This document shows positions 20,224-29,670 of a stretch of DNA of 64,000 bases, in pieces. Numbering within the stretch: the first letter of the stretch is position 1; every line of letters starts with the position of its first letter. A program made the position numbers and the translations under genes. The notes beneath the pieces are model-generated. The model worked only from the letters and a program-made list of their open reading frames with translations. It had not been told where the DNA came from and ran no database searches. This DNA comes from Spirochaetaceae bacterium (GTDB taxonomy: Bacteria; Spirochaetota; Spirochaetia; DSM-2461): the NCBI GenBank assembly GCA_051531975.1, contig JAOPTT010000002.1, forward strand, positions 185,968-249,967. Reading direction: 5' to 3'.

Positions 20224-22622
20224 TTATCCTCTTCTTTTGGTTCCTTTTCAGCTACGATAACAGTTTCAACCTCTTCTTTAGGTTCCTTTTCAACTACAGT
20301 AACAGTATCACCATCTATTTTTAAAGGTTTAGCATTACGACATTTAGGATATCCGCTGCAAGCTAAAAATGGACCACGCCTACTATTTTTAACCACCATA
20401 TCCGAGCCACACTTCTCGCATATTTCACCTTCTAATTCAGGTAGAATAACTGGCTTACCCTCTTTATCTATAGCTATTGTATTTTTACAATCAGGGTACC
20501 CGGAACATGCTAAAAATGGACCCATTCGTCCAACTTTAACTTCCATTTTTTTACCACATTTGTTACAGTCCATCTCTATTTTAGGAAGTTCTAAAATATT
20601 TCCATCGTTATCTAAAGATACAGAACCTTTACAGTCTGGATACTGACTACAAGCTAAGAATTTTTTACCATAACGTGTAGTTTTTAACAGTAGCTGACTG
20701 CTACAGATTGGGCATTTTTCATCTTTGTATCGCTCAGACTCTTCGTCATCCACGCCTTCACCAGGCATTGGAATCAGTCCCTTACATTCAGGATAATCCG
20801 AACAACCTAAAAATGCACCATTTTTTGAATACTTCATTACTAAATCTTTTCCACACTTAGGACATTTTTCCTCTCCTAAGTACGGTCGACCTTTTAATGG
20901 TTCTGCATGTTCTGTTGCAGAATCTACTGCTTCTATAAATGGTATATAAAATTCATCAATTAGTTTTACCCAGTTTTTATTACCTTGCTCTACTTCATCA
21001 AGGTCTGATTCCATCTCTGCAGTAAACTTTAATTCCATTATATTTTTAAAGTTATCTTGTAACATATCATTAACTGCAATACCAAGTTCTGTTGCATGAA
21101 AGGCCTTCTTTTCTAACCTTACATAACCACGTTCTTTAATAGTTTTTACAATTGGTGCATATGTAGATGGTCTACCAATACCCTCTTTTTCTAGGGCTCT
21201 AACCAGACTTGCTTCGTTAAATCTAGCAGGAGGTTTAGTAAAATGTTGGGTCTCTTCTAACTTTTTAAGGTCTACAGAGTCCCCTTCTGTTACACTTGGT
21301 AGAGGCTGATATTTATCTTCGTCTTTTTTGCTATCTTTTAGTAGAACTGTAAAACCATCAAATAAGGTAACTCGACCTTTAGCTTCAAAAATACCATCAG
21401 CTGCAACTATTGTTATTGTTGTTATATTATAAAGCGCCGGATTCATCTGAGATGCTACAAATCTATCCCATATAAGTTTATATAATTTATACTCTTCTGG
21501 TTTAACAAATGGTTTTATCTTCTCTGGTGTATTATAAACCGATGTTGGTCTAATAGCCTCATGGGCATCTTGAGCATTCTTTTTAGTACTATAAGTATTT
21601 TCTTTTGTCGGTAGATATTTTTTAGAGTATGTCTTTTCAATAAACTCTCTAACTTCTGCTATACCTTCTGGATCAATTCTTGTAGAGTCGGTTCTCATAT
21701 AAGTAATTAAACCTGTATGTACACCATCTTCAATCTCGGTACCTTCGTAAAGTTTTTGTGCAACTTGCATTGTTCTACTAGTTCCAAAACCTAAATTAGT
21801 ACTTGCTGCTTGTTGTAAAGTAGATGTAATAAATGGAGCTCCAGCTTTACCTTTACTCTCTTTACTTACTACTTTTTCAACTGAATATGAGCTATCCCGC
21901 AGAGTCCCAGCAATTTTTTTAACACTATCTTCTGTTCCAGCAACTTTGCTTCCAAGGGCAAATTTTGCACCTTTCCATTTTACAAGATCTGCCTGAAAGT
22001 CTATATCTTTATTTAATGATGCAGATATTTTCCAGAATTCCTCTGGATTAAATGCTTCGATTTCACGTTCTCGGATTACTACCATTTTAACTGCAACAGA
22101 CTGAACACGACCAGCACTTAAGTTTTTAGCAATTTTAGCCCATAAAAATGGAGATAGATTAAAACCTACCAACCTGTCTAATATTCTTCGACCTTGTTGT
22201 GCATTAACCCTATCCATATCTATTTTTGTAGGATTTGATACCGCATCTAATACAGCTTTTTTTGTAACGGCAGAGTATGTAACTCTATTTGCTTCTTCAT
22301 CTTTAAGACCTAAAGCTTCTTTTAAATGCCAGGCGATAGCTTCCCCTTCTCTATCGGGGTCGGGAGCTAAATATACAACATCAGCTTTTTTTGCTGCTTC
22401 TTTTAACTCTTTAACAGTTTTTTCTTTACCTTTAATAATAGTGTAATCAGGAGCGTAGTCATTATCTACATCGATACCAAAATTTTTTCCACGACCTTTT
22501 TTTAGGTCTCTAATATGTCCTACAGATGCTTTTACAGTAAAATCTTTACCTAAAAACTTCTTTATAGTTTTTGCTTTTGCAGGGCTCTCCACAATTAGTA
22601 GTTTTTTCTGTTTTGGTGCCAC
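20220..22622 (-). CDS. topA: DNA topoisomerase I with four C-terminal zinc ribbons
   Basis: IVESPAKAKT, DPDREGEAI, SAGRVQS, ITYMRTD, AHEAIRPT, GIGRPSTY; 4x CxxC...CxxYPxC. Confidence 0.97.
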   Translation of the reverse strand: MAPKQKKLLIVESPAKAKTIKKFLGKDFTVKASVGHIRDLKKGRGKNFGIDVDNDYAPDYTIIKGKEKTVKELKEAAKKADVVYLAPDPDREGEAIAWHLKEALGLKDEEANRVTYSAVTKKAVLDAVSNPTKIDMDRVNAQQGRRILDRLVGFNLSPFLWAKIAKNLSAGRVQSVAVKMVVIREREIEAFNPEEFWKISASLNKDIDFQADLVKWKGAKFALGSKVAGTEDSVKKIAGTLRDSSYSVEKVVSKESKGKAGAPFITSTLQQAASTNLGFGTSRTMQVAQKLYEGTEIEDGVHTGLITYMRTDSTRIDPEGIAEVREFIEKTYSKKYLPTKENTYSTKKNAQDAHEAIRPTSVYNTPEKIKPFVKPEEYKLYKLIWDRFVASQMNPALYNITTITIVAADGIFEAKGRVTLFDGFTVLLKDSKKDEDKYQPLPSVTEGDSVDLKKLEETQHFTKPPARFNEASLVRALEKEGIGRPSTYAPIVKTIKERGYVRLEKKAFHATELGIAVNDMLQDNFKNIMELKFTAEMESDLDEVEQGNKNWVKLIDEFYIPFIEAVDSATEHAEPLKGRPYLGEEKCPKCGKDLVMKYSKNGAFLGCSDYPECKGLIPMPGEGVDDEESERYKDEKCPICSSQLLLKTTRYGKKFLACSQYPDCKGSVSLDNDGNILELPKIEMDCNKCGKKMEVKVGRMGPFLACSGYPDCKNTIAIDKEGKPVILPELEGEICEKCGSDMVVKNSRRGPFLACSGYPKCRNAKPLKIDGDTVTVVEKEPKEEVETVIVAEKEPKEEDK

Positions 22623-22737
22623 AAAACTCTCCTTTTTTTACGGATCACACTTATAAAAAATCAATGGATTCCATTTAGGGTATATGAATTAATAATAAAC
22701 CATAGCGTTTACGTCAAGAAAAATATATAATATTTTT

Positions 22738-24270
22738 ATGAAAAAAACGACTATTGAGCTAAAACTTCCAGTTAATTACACAAAACACGATCTTCTTATG
22801 TTATTAAAGAAGAAAGGGCATAAGGATATTAAGAATCTAGAAATTATTAGAAAAAGTCTAGATGCTAGGAAGAGAAATAACATTGTTTGGAACCTAAAAG
22901 TAGAAATAAACGGTATAGATATCAGTTTTACAAGGCGTTCAGAGTTAGCTTTGGATCTTCAACACTCAGATAGAGAGACACATGTAGTCATTGTTGGATC
23001 AGGTCCTGGTGGGATTTTTTCCGGGCTAGTATTATTAAGAGCGGGCTTTAAAGTAACCTTATTAGAAAAAGGGTCTAAAGTTGAAGATAGGAACATCCAG
23101 ATTGATGAACTTATAACAAATGGTATATTTAATGAGAACTCAAACTTCGCATTTGGTGAAGGTGGAGCTGGGACTTACTCAGATGGGAAACTAACTTCTA
23201 GAAATAAACATATATCTAAAGAGAAAGATTTTATATTATCAACCTTTATTAATAATGGTGCACCGGAAGAGATATACTCCATGGTTCACCCCCATGTTGG
23301 TAGCGATAACCTTAAAATAGTAGCAAAAAATATAAGAGGTGAATTTTTAGACCTAGGAGGAGAGATCTTCTTTGATACTGAGTTTATCACTTTTAATAGT
23401 TCTTTAGGTAAGATAAAGAGTGTAGAGACATCAAATGGTGTTATTGATTGTAACTATCTTTTATTAGCAACAGGACACTCTTCTATACCTACTTACAGAG
23501 AGTTAATAAAAAAAGGTGTTATTTTTAATTCCAAAAACTTTGCAATTGGTTTTAGAGCAGAACATCCACAAACTCTTATAAACAATTCCCAATGGGGCCA
23601 AGAAAAAATAAAAGGTTTAAAAGCTGCTGAGTACCGTTTAACAGCAAAAACTGATTCAGCAACAGTATTTTCATTTTGCATGTGCCCTGGAGGAACAATA
23701 GTTCCATCTGCTGCAATGCCTTTAACATCTGTTGTTAACGGTATGAGTAATTATAACAGAGATAGTGAATTTGCTAATGCAGCCGTTGTAGCTGGTTTTA
23801 ACTTCCAAACAGAACACAACAGAGAAGTACCACCATTAGAGGCTTTAGATATGCTTACAGAGCTTGAACAGCGTTATTTTAATGCAACAAAGGGTTATGT
23901 AATACCTTCTATGAAGATATCTGACTTTTTAAGTGGTAATTTAACTGGTAGTGTAGATAAAACATCATATCCCTTAGGTGTAACAGATTATGATTTAAAA
24001 GAACTTCTACCTAAGAGTATTATAGAGCCACTTAAACAGGGCTTAACTGAGTTTTCTAAAAAACTTAGAGGTTACGAAACTGGAAATATAATGGGTCTTG
24101 AGAGTAAAACATCCTCTCCAATTCAGGTATTAAGAGAGAAATCAGGTTTATGTCATAACTTTGATAATCTATATTTTGTAGGTGAAGGTTCAGGTTGGGC
24201 TGGTGGAATAATATCCAGTGCTGCAGATGGTATAAAAGGTGCCCTGGATATTATTAAAAGAGAGTCTTAA
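22738..24270 (+). CDS. Uncharacterised FAD/NAD(P)-dependent oxidoreductase
   Basis: IVGSGPGG, FGEGGAGTYSDGKL, SFCMCPGG, GEGSGWAGGIISSA. Confidence 0.88.
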   Translation: MKKTTIELKLPVNYTKHDLLMLLKKKGHKDIKNLEIIRKSLDARKRNNIVWNLKVEINGIDISFTRRSELALDLQHSDRETHVVIVGSGPGGIFSGLVLLRAGFKVTLLEKGSKVEDRNIQIDELITNGIFNENSNFAFGEGGAGTYSDGKLTSRNKHISKEKDFILSTFINNGAPEEIYSMVHPHVGSDNLKIVAKNIRGEFLDLGGEIFFDTEFITFNSSLGKIKSVETSNGVIDCNYLLLATGHSSIPTYRELIKKGVIFNSKNFAIGFRAEHPQTLINNSQWGQEKIKGLKAAEYRLTAKTDSATVFSFCMCPGGTIVPSAAMPLTSVVNGMSNYNRDSEFANAAVVAGFNFQTEHNREVPPLEALDMLTELEQRYFNATKGYVIPSMKISDFLSGNLTGSVDKTSYPLGVTDYDLKELLPKSIIEPLKQGLTEFSKKLRGYETGNIMGLESKTSSPIQVLREKSGLCHNFDNLYFVGEGSGWAGGIISSAADGIKGALDIIKRES

Positions 24271-25668
24271 TTAGGTTCCACAATAAGTTTTATATAAAGT
24301 ATCCACTTTAATCGGTGGGTCTTTATAATAATCAGGGGCATCATTTCCATATGGATTATCCAAATATTCAAGAAAGTTTTTAAAAGGTTCAAAATTCAAA
24401 TTATCACTAGCTTCTAATAATACTGCTTCAACAATGTGATTCCTTGGTAAAACAGTTGGGTTATTTTTTAACATTAAACTTTTATTAATATCTAATTTAT
24501 TCCAATTTCCAAACCAATCTTCTAATTCTTTATCACTATGTGCTATTAGTTCTAGGAAGTTATCTGATTCTAAAGCCTTAAATGTCTTTGTAAAATCGGC
24601 ACTATTATTCTCCATCCAATTTAATAGAGTTAATGTTATATCTTTATTAACTGTTTCAAGCCCAAGCTTTGAAGCCATCATTTCATGCCACTTTTTTGCA
24701 AATATAGGCTGATAACTAGTTATAATCTCATTAACTATTTCTAGAGCGACTTCAGAATCAGTATTAATTAGAGGTAATAGACACTCTGCAAACCGTGCTA
24801 TATTCCACTGCCCAATATTTTTCTGATTCTCGTAGGAGTACCTACCGCCACTATCTATAGAGCTAAAAACTGTTTTAGGATCATAGGTATCCATAAATGC
24901 ACATGGTCCATAATCTATGGTCTCTCCGCAAATTGAGACATTGTCTGTGTTCATAACCCCATGTATAAATCCAACTCTTAACCAATTAACAATAAGATCT
25001 ATTTGTCTATCCATAACAACTTCTAAAAGTGAAAGATAGGGATTCTTTTTGTCTATTAGTGGGTAATGCCTCTCTATTACATAATCTGTAAAAGTTTTTA
25101 GTAGGGATAAATCCCCTTTTGAGGCTACATATTGAAATGTTCCAACTCTAATGTGACTAGATGCTACCCTTGTTAAGATTCCACCTTTTTCAATTTTTTC
25201 TCTATATACATCTTCACCTGTTCCAACCACAGCTAAACTAAGTGTCGTTGGGATACCAAGGTTAAACATAGATGTGCTAATTAAATACTCTCTTAACATT
25301 GAATATAGAGTTGCTCTACCATCACCATTTCTTGAATATGGTGTACGTCCGGAACCTTTTAATTGAATATCGAACCGCTGGCCAGAAGGTGTTATATGCT
25401 CCCCTAACATTACAGCTCTACCATCACCTAATATGTTAAAGTGACCAAACTGATGCCCTCCATACCCCTGGGCAAATGGTATTGATCCCTCTTGGGTTTT
25501 ATTACCTGATAGGTATAAAGTAGGGTCTTTATCTTTTAAACCTAACTCTTTAGCAAGTTTTGTATTATATATATGTAGTTCTGGTAATTTTACTGGGATA
25601 GGAAGTAGTGTTGTATATAGTGAATCTGATAAGTTTGTATAACTGTTTTTAAAATTAAAAATATTCAT
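24271..25668 (-). CDS. selO: Protein adenylyltransferase SelO (YdiU family)
   Basis: YGGHQFG, LGDGRA, QLKGSGRTPYSRNGDGRA, GFIHGVMNTDN, TIDYGP, C-terminal TYCGT. Confidence 0.95.
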   Translation of the reverse strand: MNIFNFKNSYTNLSDSLYTTLLPIPVKLPELHIYNTKLAKELGLKDKDPTLYLSGNKTQEGSIPFAQGYGGHQFGHFNILGDGRAVMLGEHITPSGQRFDIQLKGSGRTPYSRNGDGRATLYSMLREYLISTSMFNLGIPTTLSLAVVGTGEDVYREKIEKGGILTRVASSHIRVGTFQYVASKGDLSLLKTFTDYVIERHYPLIDKKNPYLSLLEVVMDRQIDLIVNWLRVGFIHGVMNTDNVSICGETIDYGPCAFMDTYDPKTVFSSIDSGGRYSYENQKNIGQWNIARFAECLLPLINTDSEVALEIVNEIITSYQPIFAKKWHEMMASKLGLETVNKDITLTLLNWMENNSADFTKTFKALESDNFLELIAHSDKELEDWFGNWNKLDINKSLMLKNNPTVLPRNHIVEAVLLEASDNLNFEPFKNFLEYLDNPYGNDAPDYYKDPPIKVDTLYKTYCGT

Positions 25669-25739
25669 AATAAGCTCCTAGATAACTATACATTGTTTTA
25701 ACTTAGATGGATAGTTATCAGGAATGATTATTATTATGA

Positions 25740-27437
25740 TTAGTTAAAATTATACTCTGTTACTATAGGTTCACGGCCTAAATTAACATCAGTAAAATAT
25801 TCATATAAACTTATACCTAAAAATCCACCAGCAACATTGTAAACATCTTTAAAACCAAGGTTTTTAAGTGCTAAGGTTGCATTGTAACTTCTTTGACCAC
25901 TTCTACAGTGAATATATAGAGGTTTGTCTTTTGGTATTTCATCTAATCTATCTCTAAGCTGACTTAAAGGGATATTTATTGCTGTTTTAAGGTGAGATCT
26001 ATCAAATTCAGGAACTTCCCTAACATCTATTATTGTTGCATCAGATTCTGAAAGTTCTCTTACCTGATCTACATGAACCTGCTTATAATCACCTTTTAGT
26101 AGGTTTGTTGCTACATAACCTGCAAAGTTTACAATATCTTTACCTGTACCAAATGGAGGTGCGTAACACAGTTCTAGGTCTTTTAAATCGTAGATTGTTC
26201 CACTAAACTTAATTGCTGTTGCAATAACATCAATTCTCTTGTCGACATTTCCTTTACCAATTGCCTGCGCACCTAATATTTTACCTGTAGGAACTTCGTA
26301 AATTAGTTTAAAGTGCATAACTTTACTAGATGGCATAAGTCCAACTTTATCGCTAGGGATAACCCTAACTGTGTCGTATTTAATGTTCATTTTAGTAAAC
26401 TCTATAAAGCTCTCTGTTAAACCAGTAGATGCAGCATTATAATCAAAAACCTTTAAAATTGATGAACCGATGTAACCTCTATTATCAACAATCATTCCGT
26501 TAATATGGTCTGCAACACTTCTAGCTTGCTTTAGGGCTGGCCCTGCTAAAGGAAGCTTAAAAACGTCGTTAATTAGTGGATTGTAAACTTCTATTACATC
26601 CCCAACTGCATAAATATCTTCATCGTTTGTTTTAAAGTTCTGATCGACTTTCATAGCTCCAGTTTTACCTAGTTCTAAACCAGCACCTTTAGCTAAACCA
26701 GTTTCTGGTAGTACACCAATTGCTAATACAATTACTTCGCTATCTACGACCTTACCAGATTCTAATAAGATATTACTCTCTTTAAATGATGTAACTTTAT
26801 CGTTAACAATTAAATTGACACCCTGATCCATCATCTCTTTATGTAAGATTTGAACCATGTCTTCATCAAAAATTCTTAAAATCTGAGGCATCGCTTCAAT
26901 TAAAGTAACATCGTGTCCAGCTTCTTTTAAGTTCTCTGCAGTTTCTACACCGATAAATCCACCACCAATTACGGAAACCTTTTTATTAGAACCCTCTAAA
27001 GCCTTACTTAATTTAACAATATCTACAACATTTCTTATGGTATATGTATTTGCCTCTTTTATCCCTGGAATTGGAGGAACTATTGGTGAGCCTCCAGGGG
27101 ATAAAATTAGTTTATCAAAACTTTCTGTGTACTCTGTATTAGTTTTTAGATCTTTTATAGTTACTGATTTGTTTTCTCTATTTATAGAAAGTACTTCGTT
27201 TTCTGTTCTAACCTCAATATTATACTGAGACTTGAACTTCTCTGGGTACATCATTACTAATTTATCTGCGTTTGGAACCACACCACTTAAGTGATAAGGT
27301 AAACTACAGTTAGAAAATGAAACGTGGGGACCCTTTTCAAATACAATAATTTGATCCTCTTCACTATGTCGTCTAAGCCTTGCTGCAGCAGATGCTCCAC
27401 CTGCAACTCCACCTACTATTAATATTTTTCTTGACAT
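25740..27437 (-). CDS. cdr: CoA-disulfide reductase with C-terminal rhodanese domain
   Basis: IVGGVAGGAS, SFSNC active-site Cys, LELCYAPPF, rhodanese IDVRE..HCRSGQRS. Confidence 0.9.
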   Translation of the reverse strand: MSRKILIVGGVAGGASAAARLRRHSEEDQIIVFEKGPHVSFSNCSLPYHLSGVVPNADKLVMMYPEKFKSQYNIEVRTENEVLSINRENKSVTIKDLKTNTEYTESFDKLILSPGGSPIVPPIPGIKEANTYTIRNVVDIVKLSKALEGSNKKVSVIGGGFIGVETAENLKEAGHDVTLIEAMPQILRIFDEDMVQILHKEMMDQGVNLIVNDKVTSFKESNILLESGKVVDSEVIVLAIGVLPETGLAKGAGLELGKTGAMKVDQNFKTNDEDIYAVGDVIEVYNPLINDVFKLPLAGPALKQARSVADHINGMIVDNRGYIGSSILKVFDYNAASTGLTESFIEFTKMNIKYDTVRVIPSDKVGLMPSSKVMHFKLIYEVPTGKILGAQAIGKGNVDKRIDVIATAIKFSGTIYDLKDLELCYAPPFGTGKDIVNFAGYVATNLLKGDYKQVHVDQVRELSESDATIIDVREVPEFDRSHLKTAINIPLSQLRDRLDEIPKDKPLYIHCRSGQRSYNATLALKNLGFKDVYNVAGGFLGISLYEYFTDVNLGREPIVTEYNFN

Positions 27438-27448
27438 AAAATCTCCTT

Positions 27449-27616
27449 GGATGCATAGCCGAGCAGTATTCGTAGAATACGACCAGGCTTGATTGCATAG
27501 CCGAGCAGTATTCGTAGAATACGACCAGGCTTGATTGCATAGCCGAGCAGTATTCGTAGAATACGACTAGGCTTAGTTTCTAAGCTTGGTAGTATATAAA
27601 TAATACGACCAAGCTT
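27449..27616. repeat. Tandem array of four 42-bp palindromic units in the cdr leader
   Basis: GATTGCATAGCCGAGCAGTATTCGTAGAATACGACCAGGCTT at 27449, 27491, 27533 (near-identical) and a diverged unit at 27575..27616. Confidence 0.95.
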
Positions 27617-27627
27617 GTTATTTCTAT

Positions 27628-27656
27628 AATATAATAAAGATTTTCAAATATATCAA
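27628..27656 (-). promoter_or_regulatory. Putative sigma70 promoter of cdr
   Basis: TTGATA-N17-TATATT on the minus strand, just upstream of the repeat array. Confidence 0.5.
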
Positions 27657-27687
27657 GTTTTCATATATAGTTTTTTGACAATATAGA

Positions 27688-28956
27688 TTAAATTTCTTCT
27701 GCTAGCCTCTTTCCTTCTTCAGTATCTACTTTTCTTAGGAAGATAAAACCTAATACAAACAGGATAACAATAGAGGCCATTCCAATTCGAACTTCTCCGG
27801 TTAGTTTAGTAACTATGGCAACTAAAAATGGTCCTACAACAGCTGCAAATTTACCTAACATATTATAGAAACCAAAAAACTCACCAGCTTTTTCTGCTGG
27901 GATTAGTCTAGTAAAATAACTTCTACTAGCAGCTTGGATACCACCCTGGAAACAACCTATTGCTATAGCTAAAATGTAAAAATGTATTTCCTTTTGCATA
28001 AAAACACCAGCAATTGTAATAACTCCATATCCAAAAATTGCTCCATATAGAGCTTTTTTAATACCAACCTTTCTACCAACCTTATTAAAAATTAGTACTG
28101 CTGGGAAAGCTATAAACTGGGTAATAAGTAGAGCAACAATTAGAGATTCAGATTTAAAACCTAAACTAGCACCAAAGTTAACTGCCATTTTTATTATTGT
28201 ATCTACTCCATCGATATATAACCAATATGCAACTAAAAATGTTGAAACAACTTTTAGTTTTTTAATTTCAGAGAATGTATCTTTTAATTGACCTACACCA
28301 GCTTTTATTGCCTCTATTATTGACATTTTATCGCTTACAGTTGGCTCTTTTACAAATATAAATAGTGGTATTGAAAAAACAGCCCACCAGATTCCAACAG
28401 AAATAAAGGACGCTTTAATAGCCTGAACACCATCTACAAAACCAAATGCACTAGGAAAAGAGAACATTAAAACATTAACTAAAAAGAGTAATCCTCCACC
28501 TATGTAACCAAGACCAAAACCAAAAGCTGAGATGTCGTCACATTTTTTCTCATCACCATCAGCAACTCCAATTATTAGAGAGTCGTAAAACAAGTTACCC
28601 CCTGCAAAACCGATAGAAGCAATAACAAAAAACAGAAGTGCAAACTGCCACATTCCTTGTCCAACTAAGGCTAAACAACCTGTCATTATTATTCCTAAAA
28701 ATGCAAAAAATATTAGAAACTTCTTTTTAGTGGAAGTTTTATCAGCTATAGCACCTAAAAAAGGAGATAAAACAGCAACGATTAATGACGCTGCAGAACT
28801 TGCGAGTCCTAGATAAAATGTAGAATCAACAGCATCACCTGTAGACCAGTAGGATTTAAAAAATGTAGGAAAGAATCCTGCCATTACAGTAGTTGCGAAT
28901 GCACTGTTTGCCCAATCATATAAACTCCAGCTCAGTACTTTTTTATCAATTTTCAT
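27688..28956 (-). CDS. MFS transporter (UMF1/YxiO/ATG22-like)
   Basis: WSLYDWANSAF, QAASRSYFTRLIP, EFFGFYN; ~12 TM segments. Confidence 0.9.
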   Translation of the reverse strand: MKIDKKVLSWSLYDWANSAFATTVMAGFFPTFFKSYWSTGDAVDSTFYLGLASSAASLIVAVLSPFLGAIADKTSTKKKFLIFFAFLGIIMTGCLALVGQGMWQFALLFFVIASIGFAGGNLFYDSLIIGVADGDEKKCDDISAFGFGLGYIGGGLLFLVNVLMFSFPSAFGFVDGVQAIKASFISVGIWWAVFSIPLFIFVKEPTVSDKMSIIEAIKAGVGQLKDTFSEIKKLKVVSTFLVAYWLYIDGVDTIIKMAVNFGASLGFKSESLIVALLITQFIAFPAVLIFNKVGRKVGIKKALYGAIFGYGVITIAGVFMQKEIHFYILAIAIGCFQGGIQAASRSYFTRLIPAEKAGEFFGFYNMLGKFAAVVGPFLVAIVTKLTGEVRIGMASIVILFVLGFIFLRKVDTEEGKRLAEEI

Positions 28957-29027
28957 TTATGCTCCTTTTAAAACTATCAATATATTATCATAAACATCGG
29001 AATTTTATACAACTAAATTGTTTATTC

Positions 29028-29072
29028 TTGATTAAATCATCTATTAACCGTATAGTTTAACCATATGGTTAA
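29028..29072 (+). promoter_or_regulatory. Promoter and palindromic operator of the TetR-activase operon
   Basis: TTGATT(29028)-N17-TATAGT(29051) followed by perfect palindrome TTAACCATATGGTTAA (29057..29072) containing the start ATG. Confidence 0.75.
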
Positions 29073-29670
29073 CATAAAAAATAAAATATTAGATGCAGCC
29101 TTGAAAGAGTTTTTATCCCAGGGTAAGTCTGGAGCTAAAACTAAAGCAATAGCTGATAGTGCTGGTGTGAACAAAGCGATGATTCACTATTACTTCTCAA
29201 GTAAGGAGCTTCTTTTCCTAGAATGTGTAAAATATATTCTAGTACAAGTTGAAGGTACATTTCACACAACAGAGGTTCGTTCTATAACAGATTATAAAAG
29301 TTATATTACTGCACTAATAGAATCTTATTCCTCTTTTATACAGAATCACGATAAACAGATAACATTTTTATTATGGGAATACTTAAATGATAAAGAGTTA
29401 TTAACTCAGATTAAAAATATAATTGGCTCAGCCCACTTAATCGATTTTATTCAAAAAACAAAAAGGGCTACTAAAAACGGTATTATTAGAGATCTAGATC
29501 CATTAGATCTATACCTTAATTTAGTAAGTTTAATACTCTCAACATATATGATTCTTCCAATAACTTTATCGTTTTTGGGAGAAGATTCAGAAGATAAAAA
29601 AGTAGAAATTATGACAAAAAGAAAAGCAGAAATAGCACGATTGTTATGGAATGACATAAAAGGAGAATAA
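29065..29670 (+). CDS. TetR/AcrR family regulator
   Basis: KILDAALKEF..G..IADSAGVNKAMIHYYFSSKELL. Confidence 0.95.
   Translation: MVNIKNKILDAALKEFLSQGKSGAKTKAIADSAGVNKAMIHYYFSSKELLFLECVKYILVQVEGTFHTTEVRSITDYKSYITALIESYSSFIQNHDKQITFLLWEYLNDKELLTQIKNIIGSAHLIDFIQKTKRATKNGIIRDLDPLDLYLNLVSLILSTYMILPITLSFLGEDSEDKKVEIMTKRKAEIARLLWNDIKGE

Noticed and set aside
20225..20310. 14-aa tandem duplication at the TopA C-terminus (TV.V.EKEPKEE x2)
   Set aside because: Real but in a charged disordered tail; no evidence of functional significance
27373..27540. 55-aa Cys-containing upstream ORF (MQSSLVVFYEYCSA x2...) on the minus strand overlapping the cdr start
   Set aside because: No SD, and an open frame is an expected by-product of a 42-bp stop-free repeat; unsupported without ribosome profiling
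27449..27616. CRISPR array
   Set aside because: Units are contiguous with no unique spacers, and no cas genes are in the window
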